Assembly: GCA_964479195.1 (NCBI GenBank) | Contig: CAYZLI010000001.1 | Location: forward strand, 28,572 to 92,571 | Source: an uncultured Rhodocyclaceae bacterium | Lineage (GTDB): Bacteria; Pseudomonadota; Gammaproteobacteria; Burkholderiales; Rhodocyclaceae | DNA: 64,000 nt | Direction: 5' to 3' | Shown: in pieces, positions 8,727 through 18,777 of the stretch | Layout: every line of letters starts with the position of its first letter | How positions within the stretch are numbered: position 1 is the first letter of the stretch | The notes under the pieces: model-generated | What the model saw: only the letters and a program-made list of their open reading frames with translations | Told to the model about the DNA's origin: nothing | Databases searched by the model: none | Program-made: the position numbers and the translations under genes

Positions 8727-9320
8727 TCAGGCCGCGACGGCCGCCAGCGACTTGTGCGGCACAAAAATACCGCACCCCAGCTTGCGTCCCTGGCCCAAGC
8801 CCGTTTCCTGCATGGCGAGCGACTGCTCCGGCGTCAAGCCATGCAGCAGCAGGCTGAAGCCGCGCACCTCGCCTTCCGGAATCGCCGCCCGGTGGGGCTT
8901 GCCGCAGATCATCGTACAGGCGAGCCCCACTTCGCGGAGCAGGGCCGTGGCCCGGCTCAGGAATTCCGCTTCGTCCGCCGGTCCCGTGCTGACGAAATGG
9001 GAGTACTGCGTGGCGTGGGGCGCCAGTTCCCGCAGGCGCCCGGCGCCCACCTCGAGCCCCGTCCCCACGTCGAGCAGCGCCCCTTCCAGCACCGCCGCCT
9101 GCGGCACCCGGTGCGCCGGCAGCCGCAGGATCAGCTTGGCGCGGCGCCCGAGAAAGATCTCGCCGATGTCCGACACCGTGCCGTAGATCGGGTGCACCCC
9201 GGCGTCCGGTTCGTCCTCCAGCCAATCCAGCCGCGCCGACAAGGCGCGAAACAGGCTGTAGCCGTGGTCGCGAGGCACCCGCTGGCCGCGCAGATCGAAG
9301 ACCACATCCGCCACGCTCAT
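8727..9320 (-). CDS. cas6: Stand-alone Cas6 (type I-MYXAN/Cmx6-like) RAMP endoribonuclease homolog
   Basis: N-terminal F.L.G..VPRDHGYSLFRAL, GVHPI, LILRLP; C-terminal G-loop GLGQGRKLGCGIFVP. Confidence 0.85.
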   Translation of the reverse strand: MSVADVVFDLRGQRVPRDHGYSLFRALSARLDWLEDEPDAGVHPIYGTVSDIGEIFLGRRAKLILRLPAHRVPQAAVLEGALLDVGTGLEVGAGRLRELAPHATQYSHFVSTGPADEAEFLSRATALLREVGLACTMICGKPHRAAIPEGEVRGFSLLLHGLTPEQSLAMQETGLGQGRKLGCGIFVPHKSLAAVAA

Positions 9321-9550
9321 GGCTGATCCGCCTGCTCCTGCCGCTTCGCCCAGTCGAGCAGGGCCTGGCCCCAACGGGCCGCGGTCACCGCGTCGATGTC
9401 GAATATGGTGAAGCGCTTCTTCTCGCGGATGCGCAGCCTCAGCATGGGGGTGCCGCCGGATAGATACTCCACCTGCTGCAGCTCGATCTCCTGGCCCCAG
9501 ATGGGGGCGGTGAACTTGTCCAGCGGGGTAATCCGTTCCTTCTCGTCCAT
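9317..9550 (-). CDS. Small conserved protein (77 aa), first gene of the accessory operon
   Basis: GGAAGG RBS; LRLRIREKKRFTIFDID...W...LLDWA; ATGA-coupled to cas6. Confidence 0.75.
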   Translation of the reverse strand: MDEKERITPLDKFTAPIWGQEIELQQVEYLSGGTPMLRLRIREKKRFTIFDIDAVTAARWGQALLDWAKRQEQADQP

Positions 9551-9794
9551 GCGGCGGCGCCCTTCCATATGAGCATCGGCCGAAATATGCCCTCCGCCAT
9601 CGCCCCCGCCTATCACCGGCATGGCGTGCCGGCACATAACCCTTTCGGGTAGGTTTTCCCTAACTCCACAGGTGCCGGGCGATACCCTGCGAGAGTGATA
9701 GAGCATCGCAGTGCACCATGCGTAGTATCAGCGCCACCTTATAGACCAAAGTCCCCAGCAGCACCGTACAACCGTAAACGCAACGGAGACAAAC

Positions 9795-11090
9795 ATGGCC
9801 AAGAAAATGCACGATCTGCCCAACCTCGACCAATTGGAATCGGGCCCCTGGCCCAGCTTCGTCACCGGCCTGAAGCGTCTGGCGAAGGACAAGGACTACG
9901 CGGTCGATATTCTGGGTCACCTGGAACACTCGTACAAGACGCGCAAGGGCTACTGGAAAGGTGGCACGGTGGGCGTCTTCGGCTACGGCGGCGGCGTCAT
10001 TCCCCGCTTTACCGAGATCAAGGACGGCAAGGAACAGCCGGTCTTCAAGGACGCGGCCGAGTTCCACACCATCCGCATCATGCCGCCGGCGGGCATGCAC
10101 TACAACACCGACACCCTGCGCAAGTTCTGCGACGTCTGGGATAAGTACGGCTCCGGCCTGATCGCCTTCCACGGCCAGAGCGGCGACATCATGTTCCAGG
10201 GCTGCACCACGGAGAACGTGCAAAAGGCCTGGGACGCGATCAACGAGATGGGCTTCGACATGGGCGGTGCCGGCCCGGCCGTGCGCACTTCCATGTCCTG
10301 CGTCGGCGCGGCCCGCTGCGAGCAGTCCTGCTACGACGAGGCGGCGGCCCACCGCAGCATCATCAACGCCTTCACCGACGACATCCACCGTCCGGCCCTG
10401 CCCTACAAGTTCAAGTTCAAGTTCTCCGGCTGCCCGAACGACTGCATGAACTCCATCCAGCGCGCGGACATGGCCGTGATCGGCACCTGGCGCGACAACA
10501 TCCAGACGGACGAGGCCCTGGCCAAGAAATGGTTCGCCAAGCACGGCCTGAACGAACTGGTGAACGACGTCGTCGGCATGTGCCCGACCCGCGCCATCCA
10601 GTTGAAGAACATCAAGGATGTGGCCAAGGATGGCAGCGTCTCCAGCGTCGCCGTCAACGACACCCAGGCGCTGGAAATCCAGAACCGCGACTGCGTGCGC
10701 TGCATGCACTGCATCAACGTCATGACCGGGGCGCTCTCCCCGGGCAAGGACCGCGGCGCCAGCATCCTGGTGGGCGGCAAGCGCACCCTGAAGATCGGCG
10801 ACCTGATGGGCACCGTGGTCGTGCCGTTCATCAAGCTGGACACCGAGGAAGACCGCGAAGCCCTGCTCGACCTGGCCAAGCGCGTCGTCGATTTCTTCGC
10901 CGAGAACGCCCTGGAGCACGAGCGCACCGGCGAGATGATCGAGCGCATCGGCCTGGTGAACTTCCTGGAAGGCCTGGATCTGGAGATCGACCCGAACATG
11001 GTCTCCAACCCCCGCACGAACCCCTACATCCGCATGGATGGCTGGGACGAGGAAGTGGCCAAGATCAAGGCGAAGAAGGCCGCGGCCTGA
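9795..11090 (+). CDS. dsrA: Reverse dissimilatory sulfite reductase alpha subunit
   Basis: LDQLESGPWPSFV, WKGG.VGVFGYGGG, CVGAARC, YKFKFKFSGCPNDC, CVRCMHC. Confidence 0.98.
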   Translation: MAKKMHDLPNLDQLESGPWPSFVTGLKRLAKDKDYAVDILGHLEHSYKTRKGYWKGGTVGVFGYGGGVIPRFTEIKDGKEQPVFKDAAEFHTIRIMPPAGMHYNTDTLRKFCDVWDKYGSGLIAFHGQSGDIMFQGCTTENVQKAWDAINEMGFDMGGAGPAVRTSMSCVGAARCEQSCYDEAAAHRSIINAFTDDIHRPALPYKFKFKFSGCPNDCMNSIQRADMAVIGTWRDNIQTDEALAKKWFAKHGLNELVNDVVGMCPTRAIQLKNIKDVAKDGSVSSVAVNDTQALEIQNRDCVRCMHCINVMTGALSPGKDRGASILVGGKRTLKIGDLMGTVVVPFIKLDTEEDREALLDLAKRVVDFFAENALEHERTGEMIERIGLVNFLEGLDLEIDPNMVSNPRTNPYIRMDGWDEEVAKIKAKKAAA

Positions 11091-11122
11091 AGCGCGAACG
11101 GAACTGACTGACGGAGACAACC

Positions 11123-12199
11123 ATGTCGCAACCGCAAATGCGTAAACCTGTCGAGTGCGGGATTCCCGACAACAAGCAGTACCTGCATCCCACGCTGCTC
11201 AAGAACTACGGCAACTGGAAGTACCACGACCGTCCGCGTCCCGGCGTCCTGCACCACGTCTCCAACACGGGTGACGAGGTGTGGTCGGTGCGCGCCGGCA
11301 CCCAGCGCCAGATGGACACCTACACCATCCGCAAGCTGTGCGAGATCGGCGACAAGTTCGCCGAGGGCTTCGTCCGCTTCACCATTCGCAGCAACATCGA
11401 GTTCATGGTGGCCGACCAGAAGAAGGTCGATCCGCTGATCGCCGAACTGGAGAAGAACGGCTTTCCCGTCGGCGGCACCGGCAACTCCGTGTCCATGATC
11501 GCCCACACCCAGGGCTGGCTGCACTGCGACATCCCGGGCACCGACGCCTCGGGCGTGGTGAAGGCCCTGATGGACGAGCTCTACGAAGAGTTCAAGCACG
11601 AGGAGATGCCCAACCGGGTGCGCCTGTCGACCTCCTGCTGCGAGATCAACTGCGGCGGCCAGGCGGACATCGCCATCATCATCCAGCACACCAAGCCGCC
11701 GAAGATCAACCACGACCTGGTCGCCAACGTCTGCGAGCGTCCGGCCGTCGTGGCGCGCTGCCCAGTGGCGGCCATCCGCCCGGCCCTGGTGAACGGCAAG
11801 CCCACCCTGGAGGTGGACGAGAAGAAGTGCGTCTGCTGCGGCGCCTGCTTCCCGCCCTGCCCGCCCATGCAGATCAACGATCCGGAGCACTCGAAGCTCG
11901 CCATCTGGGTCGGCGGCAAGAACTCGAACGCCCGCATCAAGCCGCAGTTCATGAAGATGGTCGCCGCCGGCCTGCCCAACAACGCGCCGCGCTGGCCGGA
12001 AGTGGGCGCCGTCGTGAAGAACATCCTGCGCGTGTACAAGGCAGACGCCCGCCCCTGGGAGCGGGTGGCCGACTGGATCGACCGCATCGGCTGGCCGCGC
12101 TTCTTCGAGAAGACCGGGCTGCCCTTCACCAAGTACCTGATCGACGACTGGAAGGGCGCGCGCGGCACCCTGAACGCCTCGACCCATATTCGTTTCTGA
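11123..12199 (+). CDS. dsrB: Reverse dissimilatory sulfite reductase beta subunit
   Basis: HTQGWLHC, SCCEINCG, CVCCGAC, NNAPRWPE, RIGWPRFF. Confidence 0.98.
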   Translation: MSQPQMRKPVECGIPDNKQYLHPTLLKNYGNWKYHDRPRPGVLHHVSNTGDEVWSVRAGTQRQMDTYTIRKLCEIGDKFAEGFVRFTIRSNIEFMVADQKKVDPLIAELEKNGFPVGGTGNSVSMIAHTQGWLHCDIPGTDASGVVKALMDELYEEFKHEEMPNRVRLSTSCCEINCGGQADIAIIIQHTKPPKINHDLVANVCERPAVVARCPVAAIRPALVNGKPTLEVDEKKCVCCGACFPPCPPMQINDPEHSKLAIWVGGKNSNARIKPQFMKMVAAGLPNNAPRWPEVGAVVKNILRVYKADARPWERVADWIDRIGWPRFFEKTGLPFTKYLIDDWKGARGTLNASTHIRF

Positions 12200-12211
12200 G
12201 CTGGAGAAGGT

Positions 12212-12571
12212 ATGAAGTTCGGCATCCTGGTCAACGAAGGGCCCTACACGCACGAAGCCTCGGACAGCGCCTACCTGTTTTGCCGGGCGGCGCTGGCCAA
12301 GGGCCACCAGATCCACCGCGTATTTTTCTATCACGACGGCGTCAACAACTCGACGCGGCTCACCGAGCCGCCCCTGGACGACCGCAACATCGTGAACCGC
12401 TGGTCCAAGCTGGCGGAGGAGCACAACCTCGACCTCGTGGTGTGCGTCGCCGCGGCCCTGCGCCGCGGCATCAAGGACGAGAACCTGGCCCCCGGCTTCC
12501 GCATTTCCGGCCTCGGCCAGCTCATCGAATCCGGCATCCAGGCCGACCGCCTGGTGACGTTCGGCGACTAG
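12212..12571 (+). CDS. dsrE: Sulfurtransferase DsrE
   Basis: VFFYHDGV, VCVAAALRRG, GFRISGLGQL. Confidence 0.96.
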   Translation: MKFGILVNEGPYTHEASDSAYLFCRAALAKGHQIHRVFFYHDGVNNSTRLTEPPLDDRNIVNRWSKLAEEHNLDLVVCVAAALRRGIKDENLAPGFRISGLGQLIESGIQADRLVTFGD

Positions 12572-12838
12572 GGAGCTCAACCGTGAATAATTCATGGGAT
12601 GCGTTGCGGCCAATAGGCCCGGATGCAAGGCGCGGCGACGCAGCAATGCCCGCCGCCTTGCAAGGAGCCGCAACGCCGCAGCCGGGCCTATTGGCCGCAA
12701 CCCTTCGGGACGGGGGTATCCGGCCCGCATGGCTGCGTTGCTCGTCGCTTATTTGGAAGACCAAACGGCGCTCCTCGCGCCTTGCCCTGCGAGCCGGATA
12801 CCCCCGTCGCACCCACGAATTATTTACGGATGAGCTCC
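12572..12838. mobile_element. MITE-like element with ~27-bp terminal inverted repeats and two internal hairpins, between dsrE and dsrF
   Basis: GGAGCTCAACCGTGAATAATTCATGGG vs revcomp GGAGCTCATCCGTAAATAATTCGTGGG; perfect 20-bp stem 12603-12622/12682-12701 and 16-bp stem 12709-12724/12793-12808. Confidence 0.8.
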
Positions 12839-12860
12839 AAACGCTCGGGGAGACATCGCG

Positions 12861-13232
12861 ATGAGCGAAGGAAAGATCAAGACTTTCATGTATGTGAACC
12901 GCAAGGCGCCCCACGGCACCATCTACGCGCTGGAATCGCTCGAGGTGGTGCTGATCGCCGCGGCCTTCGACCAGGACGTCAGCCTGGCCTTCCTGGACGA
13001 CGGCGTCTACCAGTTGAAGAAGGGCTTCCAGACCAAGGGCATCGAGACGAAGAACTTCCAGCCGACCTACCGCGCGCTGGAGGACTACGACATCACCAAG
13101 CTCTATGTCGAGAAGGAAGCGCTCGAAGCGCGCGGCCTGACGGCCGACGACCTGTGCGTGCCCGTCGAGGTGCTGGCGCGTGCCCAGATCGGCAAGTTGA
13201 TGGAACAGCAGGACGTGGTCCTGAGCTTCTGA
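12861..13232 (+). CDS. dsrF: DsrF
   Basis: RKAPHGTIYALESLE, AFLDDGVYQL. Confidence 0.96.
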   Translation: MSEGKIKTFMYVNRKAPHGTIYALESLEVVLIAAAFDQDVSLAFLDDGVYQLKKGFQTKGIETKNFQPTYRALEDYDITKLYVEKEALEARGLTADDLCVPVEVLARAQIGKLMEQQDVVLSF

Positions 13233-13243
13233 GGAGAACCGTG

Positions 13244-13543
13244 ATGCTGAATATCGTCAACAAATCGCCCCTGGAAAGAAACGCTTTCGACACCTGCCTC
13301 GCCACGGCCCAGCCGGGCGGCGCCATCCTGCTCATCGAGGACGGCATCTACGCCGCCACGAAGGGCAACGCCGCCGCGGCGAAGCTGGAAAAGGCCATGT
13401 CGCAGTTCAAGGTCTACGCCCTGGCACCCGACGTGGATGCGCGCGGCATGGGCGGTGCCGTCATGAGCGGCGTCACCCTCGTGGATTACGGCGGCTTCGT
13501 CGAGCTGGTCGCCGAACACAACACCTGCCAATCCTGGCTGTAA
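13244..13543 (+). CDS. dsrH: DsrH
   Basis: MLNIVNKSP, LLIEDGIYAA, VDYGGFVELV...QSWL. Confidence 0.95.
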   Translation: MLNIVNKSPLERNAFDTCLATAQPGGAILLIEDGIYAATKGNAAAAKLEKAMSQFKVYALAPDVDARGMGGAVMSGVTLVDYGGFVELVAEHNTCQSWL

Positions 13544-13570
13544 CACTGTTTATTTAGGAGACACCCCATC

Positions 13571-13903
13571 ATGGCTATCGAAGTGAACGGCAAGAGCTAC
13601 GAGACCGACGAAGAAGGCTATCTCATCAACCTCGGCGAGTGGAACGAGGACGTCGCGGCGTTCCTGGCCCAGCAGGAAAACGTGGCCCTGAGCGACCAGC
13701 ACTGGGAGGTCATCAACTTCCTGCGCGAGTACTACAACGAATTCCAGATCGCCCCGGCCGTGCGCGTGCTGACCAAGGCCATCGGCAAGAAGCTCGGAGC
13801 GGAGAAGGGCAACAGCCAATACCTGTACGAGCTGTTCCCCTACGGCCCGGCCAAGCAGGCGTGCAAGATCGCCGGCCTGCCCAAGCCCACCGGCTGCGTC
13901 TAA
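13571..13903 (+). CDS. dsrC: DsrC sulfur carrier (both C-terminal Cys)
   Basis: LFPYGPAKQACKIAGLPKPTGCV. Confidence 0.97.
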   Translation: MAIEVNGKSYETDEEGYLINLGEWNEDVAAFLAQQENVALSDQHWEVINFLREYYNEFQIAPAVRVLTKAIGKKLGAEKGNSQYLYELFPYGPAKQACKIAGLPKPTGCV

Positions 13904-13916
13904 GAAAATCCGACTA

Positions 13917-13999
13917 ACCACGGCGGCACGGCGACATGGCGAAAACCGGAAAGACGATATCTCTGCCTTGTTGCGCCGTGTCGCCGTGTTCGCCGTGGT
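13917..13999. repeat. Palindromic element: 3x CACGGCG-like heptamer plus 3 inverted copies
   Basis: cacggcg/cacggcg/catggcg at 13919, 13927, 13935; cgccgtg at 13974, 13982, 13991. Confidence 0.8.
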
Positions 14000-14011
14000 G
14001 AAAGTTTTTTC

Positions 14012-14737
14012 ATGACCCTCTTCTTTGCAGTGCTCTTCTACGCGGCCACGGCGATCTTCGCCACCGGCCTGGCGTACAAGATCTACGACTTCGCGCGCAC
14101 GCCTGCGCCGCTGAAGATCCCCACCACGCCGGCGCCGACGACGACCGGTGGCGTGTGGCTTCGCATGCTGCGCGAAGTGGCCCTGTTCGAGAGCCTGTTC
14201 AAGTCCAATCTGTGGATCTGGGCGCTCGGCATCCTGTTCCACGGGGCGCTGCTGCTGGTGCTGTTGCGCCACCTGCGCTACTTCACCGAGCCGGTGTGGT
14301 CCTGGGTGGGCTGGATCCAGCCCTTCGGCATCTACGCCGGCTTCGCCATGGTGGCCGGGCTGGCCGGCCTGTGGGGTCGCCGCTTCCTGGTGGAGCGCAT
14401 CCGCTACATCTCCACCCCGTCGGATCACCTGATGCTGGCGTTGCTCGTGGCCATCGGCCTGACCGGCCTGGCCATGAAGTTCCTCATGCACACCGACATC
14501 GTCGCCGTGAAGGCCTTCTTCCTCGGCCTGATGATGTTCGACGTCCAGCCGCTGCCCTCGCACCCGGGCCTGTACATTCACCTGGGATTGGTGGCGCTGC
14601 TGATGATCATCTTCCCGTTCAGCAAGCTGCTGCACGCCCCGGGCGTGTTTTTCAGCCCGACGCGCAACCAGGCCGACGACCCGCGCGAGCGGCGCCATCT
14701 GGCGCCCTGGGCCGCGGGTCTGGACGCCAAGAACTAA
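14012..14737 (+). CDS. dsrM: DsrM membrane b-type cytochrome (NarI-like)
   Basis: PLKIPTTP, LFH..LLVLLRHLRYF, FPFSKLLH. Confidence 0.95.
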   Translation: MTLFFAVLFYAATAIFATGLAYKIYDFARTPAPLKIPTTPAPTTTGGVWLRMLREVALFESLFKSNLWIWALGILFHGALLLVLLRHLRYFTEPVWSWVGWIQPFGIYAGFAMVAGLAGLWGRRFLVERIRYISTPSDHLMLALLVAIGLTGLAMKFLMHTDIVAVKAFFLGLMMFDVQPLPSHPGLYIHLGLVALLMIIFPFSKLLHAPGVFFSPTRNQADDPRERRHLAPWAAGLDAKN

Positions 14738-14752
14738 GACGCTGGAGCAAAC

Positions 14753-16282
<1,530 letters not shown>

Positions 16283-16300
16283 AGCTATTCCAAGGAGACA

Positions 16301-18277
16301 ATGATGTCGGCCACAAACGAGAACACCGGTACGCAACTGAGCTTCCGCCGCTACAAGGACGGCGACACCAAGCCCAAGCGCATGCAGGACATCATCTTCA
16401 AGGCGAGCTGGTCGCACAAGTGCCCGACGTACGTCCAGTCCACCCCGCCCTGCCAGGGCAGCTGCCCCTCGGGCGAGGACATCCGTGGCTATCTCAACAT
16501 CGTGCGCGGCGTCGAGAAGCCGCCCGTCGGCGCCGACGGCAAGCCGGTGATGCCCTGGCAGGAATACGCCTGGCGCCGCCTCACCGAGGCCAATCCCTTC
16601 CCCGGCGTCATGGGCCGCGTCTGCCCGGCGCCCTGCGAGACCGGCTGCAACCGCAACGTGCTGGAAGACCACGTCGGCATCAACTCCGTCGAGCACTTCC
16701 TGGGCGATTACGCCGTCAAGAACAACCTGAAGTACCTGGCGCCCGAGGCCAAGACCGGCAAGAAGGTGGCGGTGATCGGCGGCGGCCCGGCCGGCCTGTC
16801 CTGCGCCTACCAGCTTGCCCGCATGGGCCATGAAGTCACCATTTTCGACGAGCACGAGTTCCTCGGCGGCATGATGCGCTACGGCATCCCGGGCTTCCGC
16901 ACGCCGCGCGACCTGCTCGATGCCGAGATCCAGCGCATCCTCGACCTGGGCGTGAAGGCGCGCATGAAGTGCCGCGTCGGCAGCGACATCACCATGGACG
17001 AGATCCGCAAGCAGTTCGACGCCGTGTTCATGGGCCTGGGCGCTCAGGGCGGCCGGCCGCTGCCGGTAAAGGATTCGGAAGCGCCCAACATCGTCACCGC
17101 GACCGCCTTCCTCAGGGCCTTCAACGACGGCCGCATGCGCCACGTGGGCAAGCGCGTGGTGGTGGTCGGCGGCGGCGATACCTCCATCGACGTCGCCACC
17201 GTGGCCCGCCGCCTCGGCGCCCTCGAGAACGCCAAGCCCACCGACCGGCCCGAGCATGCCATCGCCGGCCAGGTGGCCCACGACGTGGCCGAAGTCTCGG
17301 CCCGCCAGGGCGCCGAGGTGACCCTGACCTCCGTCTTCGGCGTCGACAAGATGCAGGCCAACAAGCACGAGATCGAGCAGGCCAAGGCGGAGGGCATCGA
17401 CATCCGCGGCGGCTACGCCCCCGTCGGTGTGGTCAAGGGCCCGGACGGCCGCGCCACCGCGCTGCGCGTGGCCAAGTGCGAGGCCAAGTTCGTCGGCCCC
17501 AAGCTCGAGATCAAGATGATCGAGGGCACCGAGGAGGACATCCCGGCCGACCTCATCGTCTCGGCCATCGGCCAGGCGGTGGATTTCACCGGCCTGCGGG
17601 AATTCGACAACGGCAAGGGCGGCATGACGGCCGACAAGAACTACCAGGTGCAGGGCAAGCCGGGCGTGTTCGCCGGGGGCGACGTCCTTCGCCCGCATCT
17701 GCTCACCACGGCCATCGGCCACGGCTGGATCGCGGCCGAGGGCATCGACCGGCACCTTCGCGGCGAGGAGCAGGAGCGCCGCCCGAAGATCGACGTGCAC
17801 TACTGGGACATGCAGCGCAAGCTGGTCGAGTCCGGCAAGCCGGTCGGCGAGATCCATGAACCCCTGCGCGGCACCTGGGACTCCAAGGGGGCGGTGCATA
17901 ACTTCGAGAACCGCTCCGACCGCTACGTCATCACCCACAAAGAACTGTTCCTCGGCCACTTCAACTATACGCCGCGCAACGTGCGCAGCTTCATCACGCT
18001 GAATGCCGAACAGGCGCTGGGCAATTTCCAGGAGCGCCTGGAAGGGTTCGACGACAAGCAGGCAATCGCCGAGGCCAAGCGCTGCATGAGCTGCGGCCAG
18101 TGCTTCGAGTGCGACAACTGCGTGGTGTATTGTCCGCAGACGGCGGTCTATCGCGTCAAGAAGACCGAGGCGACGACCGGCCGCTACGTGGCGACCGACT
18201 ACAGCAAGTGCATCGGCTGCCACATCTGCACAGATGTCTGCCCGACCGGCTACATCCAGATGGGCCTCGGGGAGTGA
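16301..18277 (+). CDS. dsrL: DsrL NAD(P)H:acceptor oxidoreductase, probably DsrL-1 (NAD-type)
   Basis: PCQGSCP, GRVCPAPCE, GGGPAG, GGGDT, C-terminal 2x[4Fe-4S]; LTSVF where DsrL-2 has YRR. Confidence 0.95.
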   Translation: MMSATNENTGTQLSFRRYKDGDTKPKRMQDIIFKASWSHKCPTYVQSTPPCQGSCPSGEDIRGYLNIVRGVEKPPVGADGKPVMPWQEYAWRRLTEANPFPGVMGRVCPAPCETGCNRNVLEDHVGINSVEHFLGDYAVKNNLKYLAPEAKTGKKVAVIGGGPAGLSCAYQLARMGHEVTIFDEHEFLGGMMRYGIPGFRTPRDLLDAEIQRILDLGVKARMKCRVGSDITMDEIRKQFDAVFMGLGAQGGRPLPVKDSEAPNIVTATAFLRAFNDGRMRHVGKRVVVVGGGDTSIDVATVARRLGALENAKPTDRPEHAIAGQVAHDVAEVSARQGAEVTLTSVFGVDKMQANKHEIEQAKAEGIDIRGGYAPVGVVKGPDGRATALRVAKCEAKFVGPKLEIKMIEGTEEDIPADLIVSAIGQAVDFTGLREFDNGKGGMTADKNYQVQGKPGVFAGGDVLRPHLLTTAIGHGWIAAEGIDRHLRGEEQERRPKIDVHYWDMQRKLVESGKPVGEIHEPLRGTWDSKGAVHNFENRSDRYVITHKELFLGHFNYTPRNVRSFITLNAEQALGNFQERLEGFDDKQAIAEAKRCMSCGQCFECDNCVVYCPQTAVYRVKKTEATTGRYVATDYSKCIGCHICTDVCPTGYIQMGLGE

Positions 18278-18285
18278 GGATCGTG

Positions 18286-18777
18286 ATGCCCCGCATCCTC
18301 CGCCATCTCGGCGTGGCCGCGATGCTGGCGCTGTGGGCCTTGGGCGCCTCGGCGGCCGATAGCGGCCGCGTGCCGAAGCCCGCCGTCGTCATCGAAAAGG
18401 GCGACAAGTGCGTCGCGGACAAGGACAGCATGCGCCGCGACCACATGAAGTTCCTCAAGCACCAGCGCGACAAGACCATGCGCGAGGGCATCCGCACCAA
18501 GCAGTTCAGCCTGAACGAGTGCATTTCCTGCCACGCCAGCCAGAAGACCGGCAGCGTCATCGGGGCCAACGACAACTTCTGCCAGGGCTGCCACGCCTAC
18601 GCCGCGGTGAAGCTGGACTGCTTCGAGTGCCACCAGCCCAAGGCGAGGCCACCCGTGCAGGCGCCCGTGCAGGGCCAGGCCGCTCCCGCCGACGGCGAGC
18701 TGGCCGCCTCGATGCTGCGCGGCCGGGGCACGCCCCCGGGTGTGCCCGATTCCGACAAGGAAACCAGCAAGCCATGA
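18286..18777 (+). CDS. dsrJ: DsrJ periplasmic triheme cytochrome c
   Basis: Signal peptide; CISCH, CQGCH, CFECH; MRRDHMKFL. Confidence 0.95.
   Translation: MPRILRHLGVAAMLALWALGASAADSGRVPKPAVVIEKGDKCVADKDSMRRDHMKFLKHQRDKTMREGIRTKQFSLNECISCHASQKTGSVIGANDNFCQGCHAYAAVKLDCFECHQPKARPPVQAPVQGQAAPADGELAASMLRGRGTPPGVPDSDKETSKP

Noticed and set aside
9616..9651. FNR, sigma54 or NarL 7-2-7 site in the dsrA promoter
   Set aside because: Short palindromes (CCGGCA-N5-TGCCGG, ACCC-N4-GGGT) are present but do not fit those consensus spacings well enough to call.
6090..9794. CRISPR array or mini-array near cas6
   Set aside because: No regularly spaced direct repeats with unique spacers found here or elsewhere in the window; nearby repeats are inverted REP-type pairs.
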